From positions 1-51,415 of IMG/VR virus record IMGVR_UViG_3300015241_000018: a stretch of 51,415 nt of DNA, one strand, 5' to 3'. The stretch is from a virus. Its lineage: Duplodnaviria; Caudoviricetes. The notes under the pieces are model-generated. The model did not search any database. It was not told the DNA's origin and saw nothing but the letters and a program-made list of their open reading frames with translations. Made by a program: the position numbers and the translations under genes. Shown here one piece after another: positions 44,019 through 51,415 of this stretch. Each line of letters begins with the position of its first letter. Position 1 is the stretch's first letter.

Positions 44019-45895
44019 TGCGTTCCGATAGTCCCCGTCGGGGTTGCGTTAGCTGGAGGATTTCTCTGTAAGCCCAAACCCGGTTTGGCAGGAGTCGTAG
44101 GCGGCGGAGTAAATTGTCCAGTTTGAGGGTGTACGTCATAGTCTCCACCGATCCCGGTTGCTGTTCCGGCTTCTTGGTGAAGTTGCTCTTGCATAGCTTG
44201 TATATATCGTTGGCCATCTGCTTGTTCAGCCAGCTGTATGTACGGAGTAACAACTCCATAATCCTTGAGGTCAAATGTAGTTTCAAGTATCTTAGCCAGG
44301 ATAATCCCCGAGAAATGGGGAGATACGGTTTGCCAGAGGTTCGATCCCGTAAGCGCAGTAAGGTTCTGTACGAGCTCCGCTTGTTCAGCAAAGTGCCTAG
44401 CTCCAACAGGCTTAATTCGTCCAACTCCAGTAATGTCGTCGACTGTAAGAGTTTGGAAGGTAGTGATGTTGAGGTCATTATCAAAGACTCGGATTGAGGT
44501 TGAGCCCGCCAAGTTTCTCCGCGCTAGTTCAAGCATGTAGTTCAGAAGCTGTTCAAGCATCTCTGAGAATTGAAATATCTTATTCTGGAATAGGCGTGAG
44601 CTCGCATTCTCAAGACGCTGTACTTCGTACTTTGTCTTTTCACCTGGAGAACGGATACCCATGGCTTCTCTGGGGGCTCCCGCCATCTCTTCCATTTGAG
44701 TGGCTAGCTTATCAATCTCCATGTTGGATTGCATGATCTGCACTTCAGGTTGGACAAGTTCCACATCTCCTTCATCGGAGACAAAGATCTTCTCACCTGG
44801 TTGCCAAGTATATTCTTCTACGAAACCTTTGACCTTCTGCACTGGATAAGTCACTAGATCCCAGATATCGGCCTTCATATTCTCTACGTGGTCCATGCGA
44901 TACTGCATACCCACGAGATTATCTAGGGGACCCATGCCCCAGAGGTTATCTTGCTTTCGTCTCCACGGTGAGTGGACGATCGTAGGATACCCATAGAAAG
45001 ACGGATTAGGTTTATTATTGATCAATTTATGACGATCTACAACCGTAATTACACGATTCTTTTCAAAGGTGTCCTGATAGGGATCATACCAGTCGCCGTA
45101 GAAAGTAAGCACTTCCACCATGTCAGATTTCAAGTAGTCTCGGAAAGAAGTGAAACCGTCCATTGCATATAGACGATCCTTCTGTATCCAGTCTCCTTGG
45201 AAATTCTGCGCGTGGAAGCGTATTTCTTTTATATAACCGTAAAGCTTTTCATATTCTTTTTGGTTCTCATCTGTAGACAGACGTTCTAGATGTTCTTTAA
45301 GCTCCCCAAGAGACAAGATAGTTCTTATAATCTTGGGAGACTCCATGAAGTTCTCTGAAGTCGGATTAAAGACGATGTCTAGAGGGCTGATGCGTCTAAT
45401 GGCCGGACCAACAAAGCCAGTCTGTGTTTTGTCAGATTGTTCTACTCTTTGGTCCATCCATTCGACTGTGGCAAAGCAATTACCGAAATCGATGTAATCT
45501 TGTACTACTTTCTCAATCTCAGTCTTAAATTGAGGTTGATCGAGCGCCCAAGCCATGTAATTGACTATGGCGTCTCGTTTAGCGACTTGACTCGAGTCTA
45601 GGTTATCGGCTTCCCAGACGAGCCACTTTCTCTTGGGAAATAGAGTTGCAATGTAGTTCGCAAAGAGATTATCCCGGATCTGACATAGTTTTGGTATTGT
45701 AGTTTTGTTTTTCCAAGGTAGTTGTGAATTTGTAGTTTGAGTTGTGTCAGTTGCATAAACGTATCTCCGAACTTCCTCCCAGGCGTCCTTCTTGACCTGA
45801 CGCAAGGTTTCCCACTGAATATACTTCTCTGTGATCTTTGTAGCCAATAAATCAGGAGAAATTACATTCTCCAGAGGCATTACCTTACCGGTCAT
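44015..45895 (-). CDS. Portal protein
   Basis: 626 aa after terL; RISPLDIVFNP, DNLWGMGPLDNL and GIRSPGEKT. Confidence 0.9.
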   Translation of the reverse strand: MTGKVMPLENVISPDLLATKITEKYIQWETLRQVKKDAWEEVRRYVYATDTTQTTNSQLPWKNKTTIPKLCQIRDNLFANYIATLFPKRKWLVWEADNLDSSQVAKRDAIVNYMAWALDQPQFKTEIEKVVQDYIDFGNCFATVEWMDQRVEQSDKTQTGFVGPAIRRISPLDIVFNPTSENFMESPKIIRTILSLGELKEHLERLSTDENQKEYEKLYGYIKEIRFHAQNFQGDWIQKDRLYAMDGFTSFRDYLKSDMVEVLTFYGDWYDPYQDTFEKNRVITVVDRHKLINNKPNPSFYGYPTIVHSPWRRKQDNLWGMGPLDNLVGMQYRMDHVENMKADIWDLVTYPVQKVKGFVEEYTWQPGEKIFVSDEGDVELVQPEVQIMQSNMEIDKLATQMEEMAGAPREAMGIRSPGEKTKYEVQRLENASSRLFQNKIFQFSEMLEQLLNYMLELARRNLAGSTSIRVFDNDLNITTFQTLTVDDITGVGRIKPVGARHFAEQAELVQNLTALTGSNLWQTVSPHFSGIILAKILETTFDLKDYGVVTPYIQLAEQADGQRYIQAMQEQLHQEAGTATGIGGDYDVHPQTGQFTPPPTTPAKPGLGLQRNPPANATPTGTIGTQ

Positions 45896-45996
45896 TAGTG
45901 ATACCCAATTCCAAATAAGACATCTCTAAATGCCCAACCAATATAAGCTATTGCAGCTAGTAAAGCTAGGAATAAGACTGGGCCTACTAATCTCAT
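45895..45996 (-). CDS. Small membrane protein (33 aa)
   Basis: Manually translated MRLVGPVLFLALLAAIAYIGW...; GGAGG RBS; overlaps both neighbours. Confidence 0.5.
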   Translation of the reverse strand: MRLVGPVLFLALLAAIAYIGWAFRDVLFGIGYH

Positions 45997-47564
45997 ACCA
46001 CACCTCCGAATTTACCATGGTAATTCCATAAAGGAGTAGCACCTCTGCGTACATTGTAATAATTCATGGGAGGGTGTGCAAAATCTATTGCAGATGCAAG
46101 AGCATCCTTAACATCATCGTGAGCTGGGTTAGTGTAAAGCAATTCTTCCTCTAATACCTGGCAATTACCGGCTTGGTAGTGCCATATTTGTCTATTGGCG
46201 TATTTAGGTTCTAAAATGGAGAATATCCTCTCTTCCTTGGAACCAATCCAGCGAGAGGGTCTATATTCATCTACTGAAAGAGACAAACCATTAGGTCTGA
46301 TGTAGTTTTCCTTCAGATCGTCTACGATGACCTTCTGAGCTACGCTGACTTCGGCTCGTATCTTCCTGAAGCCCCATTTCTCATAGAGTTTCAGTATGTG
46401 TTGGAAATATTCAGATATTTTAGTAGTTCTGAAGCGATCTATTTCGAGAATATAATAATTATTAAGACCATCAACACCCAGTACCACAATACTAGTGTAA
46501 TCAGACTTTTTTCCTGTTGAATACGCAAAGTCAACGGATGCAACGATGTTAAGGCGTTCTCGCTTAAAGAACCAGGTGTAATCTTTACGGGACAGATAGT
46601 TCTGGTCGTAGTATTGGAATAAATCTCTTTGGATGGGGGACGAGTCCACATCATGTGGGTCGTTGTAGTATTGGGCCCTAAAGTGTATCTTGTTGAGGTA
46701 TTGAGCCCTCTTTTTAGCCAGAATGTCTGAGTCGAACCCAAACCATTTACCATCTGAGCGCTGTTGTTTTGGCCAGATGAACTGTCCTGTACCGTCTCCC
46801 GCGGTTTCCACAGGTTATTCTTTACTCTCGAAAAGAGGCTCGGCTTTAACAACATTTCCGATTTCGTCGTATTCATCTACTTCCATCTCTAACAAACTGG
46901 AATACAAGTCCTTGGGGTGGTATCTAGTACCGACTACCCATTCGCGGGCATTGACAGTTTCAATAGAAGACAAGAGACTGTATTGATCTATAACCTTATT
47001 TCTTCCCTCTTCCAGATAGGCATTACTCTGGACTACGACGTCATCTAGGACCGCAATATCGCAATGCATGCCCACAATATTGGAGGTAAGGCCTGCAGTA
47101 AATATACTGGGATCGCGGATCGATTCCTCGCGTCTTCGCGGATGATCCAAGGATATTTCTCGTTCAGTCCACTTCTCTCGCTTCGCTTCTTCGGTGATGA
47201 CCATATCGGGCCAGTATAGGCGGTATACGTCATCAGTGAAGATATCCTTAATGAACTTAAGCTGCTTAGTAGCTAAATTTGATGTACTAGAAATGTATAG
47301 TACTCTGAGAGTAGGATCTCTAGTTAGTTCCCAAGCCACACGGTAAGCTATCAAAGCTGACTTCATGTGGTCTCTAGGTAACAATAATAGCTGGTGACTC
47401 TTGGATTTACCAGAGGTCCACCAGCTGATTACTTCTCTGTGAATATTACCTAGTAGACGTTTAGGATGTACTAGATTAATGAAACTTTCTAAGTTTGCTT
47501 CAGCTAGTTCTCTACGCTCTTTCCTTCGTAATTGTAAGTCAGAGAGGGGTTTCTTCTTAGGCAT
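45993..47564 (-). CDS. terL: Terminase large subunit interrupted by one in-frame TAA (46815-46817)
   Basis: ATPase half (LLPRDHMKS, AVLDDVV, VGTRYH) and nuclease half (SVDFA, SDYT, HDDVKDA) are in the same frame, separated only by TAA-CCT. Confidence 0.9.
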
Positions 47565-47841
47565 CGGATTTAGGTCTAATGGGAGACATTACCAATCCAT
47601 CTTTAGCGGCATTCCGAATACGGATGTCCCAAAGATCATTACTGATCCCTAGGAATCTGAAGTCATCGTGCTTTTCATGGTACTCTAGCTTCTCGAGAAT
47701 ATTCTTCTCGACTAGACCAATTCTCTCGTAAACCAAGTGACGGATCGAAGAGAACTGCCCCGATAACCACCAGGTCAGAGAGGACACTGCCGATACTACC
47801 GTAAAGATAATACCGAAAGTAGCCCATTCTGATCCGAACAT
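47557..47841 (-). CDS. Membrane-anchored protein (94 aa)
   Basis: N-terminal TM helix followed by a helical segment. Confidence 0.7.
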   Translation of the reverse strand: MFGSEWATFGIIFTVVSAVSSLTWWLSGQFSSIRHLVYERIGLVEKNILEKLEYHEKHDDFRFLGISNDLWDIRIRNAAKDGLVMSPIRPKSDA

Positions 47842-47843
47842 TG

Positions 47844-48143
47844 TTAGACTGCGGGTGCTACGGGCGTGTTAGCAGTAACGGCAGCCTGGATCTTAGCGGT
47901 GTTAGCATGGATACCATCAACCACGGCCTGAAGGGCGACGGGGTCATTGGCGGCCAAGGCATCCTTGAGTTGCTGGGCGATACCGTTCAGAAGAACGATA
48001 ATCGAATCATCAACGGTGCTTTCAGCAGCGACAGCTGCAGCGACATCTTGCATAGTAGCCATAATTGTATTTTCCTTTTGTATAATTTCTTTTAGAAGAC
48101 GAATAACATGATCGTCAGCGTGAAAGTAGTGGTGAATGTCCAT
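47844..48143 (-). CDS. Ala-rich helical hypothetical protein (99 aa)
   Basis: GAGGAAG RBS; heptad-like Ala-rich C-terminus. Confidence 0.7.
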   Translation of the reverse strand: MDIHHYFHADDHVIRLLKEIIQKENTIMATMQDVAAAVAAESTVDDSIIVLLNGIAQQLKDALAANDPVALQAVVDGIHANTAKIQAAVTANTPVAPAV

Positions 48144-48407
48144 TTACTTCCTCAGGGTTGCTAGGTTTGATTTAGAGTTGTACTTATAGTCGGAAGTCTT
48201 GTGTTTAGACTTCTTGGCAGCCCTGTCTTTAGCGCGGGCACCGGGAGTCATAGCTCCCCTACGCTTCCCTTTGGCCGTAGCCGTCTGGGTACCCTTCTTA
48301 AGCTCGCCGTGCTTCTGTAGAGCAGCAGTGGCGATAGCGAAAGCAGAGGATTTCGATTTACCTTTAGCTTGAAGCTGCGAAACTAGGCGTTCAAGGATTG
48401 CAGGCAT
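48144..48407 (-). CDS. Small basic protein (87 aa)
   Basis: Lys/Arg-rich; TAATG coupling. Confidence 0.7.
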   Translation of the reverse strand: MPAILERLVSQLQAKGKSKSSAFAIATAALQKHGELKKGTQTATAKGKRRGAMTPGARAKDRAAKKSKHKTSDYKYNSKSNLATLRK

Positions 48408-49969
48408 TATGGTAGTGCGTTGATGCCATTGACGAACAGCGTTGCTAGGAATGGTTGGGTTGCATCAGTAAGATGCACGCCATCACCTGCTGTTGAGAAT
48501 GTAGCATAGGAACCATCAACACCTACGTGAGTATCCGTGTGAATAGGCATGTAACTATCGATATTGAGTGTATGTGCAGCATCCCAAGCAGAATCATAAG
48601 TTGCTCGATTAGCGATTGGATCTGCAGTTTCACTCGTGGAAGTACCCCAGCATGTTTGTAGATTTGGAATCAATTTTCTCGGTGCCAAATAAAGTTGACC
48701 ATTTGCTGTCGTAGTGTCTTGTTGATTGTGCCACTCAAAACCTGTTACTGCAGTCTTCTTTCCAATCAATGCAGGAATGGGATCTACCCAAGTCGTAGCA
48801 AGCGTCTTCATATTATTGAGCGAGATACCACCAACAGCAATGTTATGCCACTGTCCAAGCGATAGTCCCAAGGTTTGAGCGGCTAAATACGGTGCCTGAT
48901 GTACAGTATCGCTAGCGCCAACGCCTTGCGTAATACTATCACCGAAGAAGACGTTAAAGCGGGTCAATCCAGCCCATGGATATGGTTGCGCGTACTTGTC
49001 GCAAGCCCACATTTGCGCCTGCATGTACTGTGCTGGTGTAAGCGGTTTATTCCATACAAGGATATCAAAAATCTCAGCCTGACATGAGAAATTATTTCCA
49101 GCGTTATTCCCAATGGTAATGGTGTTTCCACCAGTTCCAATGGCAGTAGCCACAGACGATGATACCGCTCCTCCATTCACATAGAGCGATTGAAGAGCGC
49201 CTGACGAACTAAAAGTAGGCGTTGTGCTAAATGATGTCGAACCAAGAGTTGAAAATGCCGCTCCTGTATAAGGTATATTAATTACAGAGCCGAAACCGCC
49301 GCTAAAAATATTCACGTTCGTACCATTGGCAACATACATGTACGCATTACCACCTGCCGAAGCTGCTAATAGCGCCCCAAAGCCAGCCGTACCCAAAGTT
49401 CTGAACACGATAAGAGTCGTACAGTCTAGACTATCTATAGCTGTTTTCATTGCGCCGGGAGTGGCGATAGCAAGCCCACCATTGGCGTTAAACTTTACCG
49501 AGGGTTTTCCGTTTAGACGGTTCGTTGTATAGAGAGGCGCGGTACCAACAATGGTTCCAGCTACGATACTATTAACACTATCAGTCCAAGATGTAAGAGA
49601 AGAATTGTTAGTTTGAATTGGAATTGCATCAGCGCTAAAACGAGTAACCAAATTACCAAGCAGAGGAAGAGCAGTTCCAAATAAAGATCCAGAAACTACA
49701 TTTACTCTCTGAGCCCCATTGGTAAAAGGTGTACCTGATACGTATAGACTACCATCAGGAGCTCTAATAGGTAAAGCACCTATGGTAGGTGCAATAGCAG
49801 GAGTTACCCACCAAGCTCCGCAAGGATGGTAAGCACCTACATAAGTAGAACCAGTCGCTTTAACAACATTAATAGAACCATCAGCAGCGTATAGACCAGT
49901 ATATGAAGTACCTGGTACTACAGTTACATTCATAGATCCATCAGCTGCGTAGAAACCAGGAGAAGGCAT
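48407..49969 (-). CDS. LamG-like plus SGNH/GDSL hydrolase protein, probable virion esterase
   Basis: FFGDSITQG (block I), AVGG, HN and DGVH (block V); AEIFDILVWNKPLT LamG-like end; N-terminal YAADGS repeats. Confidence 0.8.
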   Translation of the reverse strand: MPSPGFYAADGSMNVTVVPGTSYTGLYAADGSINVVKATGSTYVGAYHPCGAWWVTPAIAPTIGALPIRAPDGSLYVSGTPFTNGAQRVNVVSGSLFGTALPLLGNLVTRFSADAIPIQTNNSSLTSWTDSVNSIVAGTIVGTAPLYTTNRLNGKPSVKFNANGGLAIATPGAMKTAIDSLDCTTLIVFRTLGTAGFGALLAASAGGNAYMYVANGTNVNIFSGGFGSVINIPYTGAAFSTLGSTSFSTTPTFSSSGALQSLYVNGGAVSSSVATAIGTGGNTITIGNNAGNNFSCQAEIFDILVWNKPLTPAQYMQAQMWACDKYAQPYPWAGLTRFNVFFGDSITQGVGASDTVHQAPYLAAQTLGLSLGQWHNIAVGGISLNNMKTLATTWVDPIPALIGKKTAVTGFEWHNQQDTTTANGQLYLAPRKLIPNLQTCWGTSTSETADPIANRATYDSAWDAAHTLNIDSYMPIHTDTHVGVDGSYATFSTAGDGVHLTDATQPFLATLFVNGINALP

Positions 49970-49972
49970 TAA

Positions 49973-50101
49973 CTAGGGAATCTTATTGAAGACATCAGGA
50001 ACATGGGAAATAGAACTATGAGTTCCAAAGGCTGTCTTCAAGTCCTTCTTGGGTTTCATCTTAGCTTTATCGTCTTTCTGAGGTTTATTACCTTTGCTCA
50101 T
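49973..50101 (-). CDS. Small basic protein (42 aa)
   Basis: Manual translation; TAAGGA RBS. Confidence 0.5.
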   Translation of the reverse strand: MSKGNKPQKDDKAKMKPKKDLKTAFGTHSSISHVPDVFNKIP

Positions 50102-50110
50102 TAATGGAAT

Positions 50111-50327
50111 TTCCTTACCATGAAATTACTTTCTTTCATTCATTGAGCCTCCGTTAATACCCTTAACTTCTAGACCGAGTACCTGTATTCTTTCAGGAGG
50201 CATGTTGTTGGGGGAATGCTTCCTAGGATCTTGGGGGACACCATGGGCTACGCCATAGTCATCGTCACCAATGATCTCTGAGTTAGTATATTTCTCTACC
50301 ATTTTACTGAAAATTCCTTACCATGAA
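50111..50327. repeat. 14-bp direct repeat TTCCTTACCATGAA (50111-50124 and 50314-50327)
   Basis: Both copies contain the SD and lie just upstream of consecutive - strand starts. Confidence 0.7.
50126..50302 (-). CDS. Hypothetical protein (58 aa)
   Basis: Manual translation MVEKYTNSEIIGDDDYG...; TAAGGA RBS. Confidence 0.55.
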   Translation of the reverse strand: MVEKYTNSEIIGDDDYGVAHGVPQDPRKHSPNNMPPERIQVLGLEVKGINGGSMNERK

Positions 50328-50336
50328 TTTGCATAT

Positions 50337-50441
50337 TTAGTATTTACCTTTATCTTTCTTCTTATCTTTCTTAGAACCTTCTTTGATTCCAAACTTCTTA
50401 TCCTTGGCCATATCGGCCTTCTTGGCAGTAGACATAGCCAT
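50337..50441 (-). CDS. Very Lys-rich peptide (34 aa)
   Basis: MAMSTAKKADMAKDKKFGIKEGSKKDKKKDKGKY; AAGGA RBS. Confidence 0.5.
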   Translation of the reverse strand: MAMSTAKKADMAKDKKFGIKEGSKKDKKKDKGKY

Positions 50442-50457
50442 GTTTGTTATTAATCCT

Positions 50458-50565
50458 TTAACGATGGAGAAAAGAACCGATGAAGTTGAGGACGTTAGAT
50501 CCTACAATCCATCCCATTCCCATGAATAGACCCCAGAGAAACCAATCAATTGCCTTGTAGAACAT
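50458..50565 (-). CDS. Small membrane protein (35 aa)
   Basis: MFYKAIDWFLWGLFMGMGWIVG...; GGGAG RBS. Confidence 0.5.
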   Translation of the reverse strand: MFYKAIDWFLWGLFMGMGWIVGSNVLNFIGSFLHR

Positions 50566-50749
50566 TTATAGCTTCTCCCTTAATTATCTTAGACTTACTA
50601 AGTTCTTTCTTAGCTGTCTCTTCTGTAAGTAACTTCATAGCTTGCTGACCTAGAAGAATAGATAGAACTAAGATACCACGTTGATCTAGTCTTTCTATTA
50701 GAGCTTCTAAGGTACTTTCTTTAGGTACTATGGGTTTAATGTTTGACAT
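50546..50749 (-). CDS. Hypothetical protein, probably leaderless (67 aa)
   Basis: ATG lies 6 nt after a consensus -10 box. Confidence 0.6.
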   Translation of the reverse strand: MSNIKPIVPKESTLEALIERLDQRGILVLSILLGQQAMKLLTEETAKKELSKSKIIKGEAINVLQGN

Positions 50750-50771
50750 AGCACAATTATAAAGGTATTCT
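50743..50771 (+). promoter_or_regulatory. Sigma70 promoter, rightward
   Basis: TTGACA-17 bp-TATTCT upstream of ORF 50801. Confidence 0.65.
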
Positions 50772-50784
50772 ATTGGCTTGTCAA
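50756..50784 (-). promoter_or_regulatory. Perfect-consensus sigma70 promoter, leftward
   Basis: TTGACA-17 bp-TATAAT on the - strand at the head of the structural arm. Confidence 0.85.
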
Positions 50785-50800
50785 GAAAAAGGATATTACT

Positions 50801-51034
50801 ATGAAAATAGTTAAAGATAATAAACATCCGGAGATGTACAGATTAGACTGGGAAGATGGAACAAAGTCAGTTCCTTCACAAAATCCTAAGCCTTGGGCCA
50901 AAGGCGGTCACTACGGTTTTTACAATAAAACTAGGGCTAAAGAACATCTTCGTCGAGAAGGAATAGAAAACTACATCATCGGAAGAACCTACGATGCCCC
51001 TATGGCGCGATTAGAAGCCCGTGGGTGCGTTTAA
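50801..51034 (+). CDS. Hypothetical protein (77 aa)
   Basis: AAGGA RBS; downstream of the rightward promoter. Confidence 0.65.
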   Translation: MKIVKDNKHPEMYRLDWEDGTKSVPSQNPKPWAKGGHYGFYNKTRAKEHLRREGIENYIIGRTYDAPMARLEARGCV

Positions 51035-51314
51035 ATTGAAATTAGGTACCAAGGTACCGGAAAAGGTTAAAAGGTAAGATTTAGGTGTCAGAAGAAATAG
51101 AATTCAGAGGAGTAATTAATTTGATTGAATGGATTCAATACCACCCAGGCTGGACTATAGCAATCTTATTTGGGTTAGGTTACCTCGTAATGTTGCTAAT
51201 TGATATATTTAGTAAACCAGGTAATGGGACTCCAGGGGTATAAAAACTTGGGGCGATATATTTCTGGTGTAATTCAATGCGCTGGGAAGGCCCCCCGACC
51301 CCCTATAACCGCTT

Positions 51315-51331
51315 TTGCGAGTCATTTGCAA
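51315..51331. promoter_or_regulatory. Putative alphaproteobacterial Fur/Mur-like box
   Basis: Near-perfect dyad TTGCGA-GTCAT-TTGCAA. Confidence 0.35.
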
Positions 51332-51415
51332 CTGGAGGGAGGTAGAAAATTACCTTAAGATCCTGCTCTCGTAGAGCACTCTGCTGGCCAGATTACTCTG
51401 ACGATAGAATACGTA

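Larger units (their letters stand above)
1..51415. mobile_element. Near-complete lytic podovirus genome, SIO1/Zobellviridae-like two-arm architecture, no RNA polymerase or integrase recognised
   Basis: T7-like primase-helicase, PolA and endonuclease I on + strand; terL, portal, scaffold, capsid, adaptor, nozzle and internal proteins on - strand; arms converge at a bidirectional terminator; no flanking host chromosome genes. Family assignment is inference. Confidence 0.92.

Noticed and set aside
163-50453. Numerous antisense or out-of-frame track ORFs (e.g. 163..540, 6855..7364, 42530..43018, 43942..44484)
   Set aside because: Shadows of longer, well-supported genes, mostly against the strand polarity of their arm or nested without an RBS.
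1-51415. Alternative genetic code with TAA reassigned
   Set aside because: TAA ends many well-defined genes, often in TAATG couplings; only terL is interrupted.
1-51415. Prophage or temperate lifestyle
   Set aside because: No integrase, CI-like repressor, partition genes or flanking host DNA recognised.

Overview
The window is a near-complete ~51 kb lytic podophage genome with two converging arms. The + strand (329-22526) carries early and replication genes: NYN RNase, degenerate GATase-like and GGCT-like genes, T7-type primase-helicase, family-1 uracil-DNA glycosylase, MoxR/CobS-type AAA ATPase with a VWA-like partner, family A DNA polymerase, SSB, PD-(D/E)xK exonuclease and endonuclease I. 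The - strand (50749 down to 22652) carries terminase, portal, scaffold, capsid, two tail fibre/spike proteins, a GH108 lysis cassette, adaptor, nozzle and internal virion proteins. The arms meet at a bidirectional terminator (~22573-22612). I recognise no RNA polymerase, integrase or repressor. The layout resembles SIO1/VpV262-like (Zobellviridae-type) podoviruses, and several motifs point to an alphaproteobacterial, probably rhizobial, host (both inferences). The most notable items are: a ~1.45 kb hairpin-dense region without a convincing gene, containing three tRNA T-arm-like hairpins (candidate giant ncRNA); recurring hairpins with anti-Shine-Dalgarno loops; candidate CtrA, PhaR, LsrB and Fur/Mur boxes near the ends; an ssrA-tag-like C-terminus on the primase-helicase; an in-frame TAA in terL; and a similar beta-domain inserted in both adaptor and nozzle. 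All calls come from reading motifs by eye; no searches were run.
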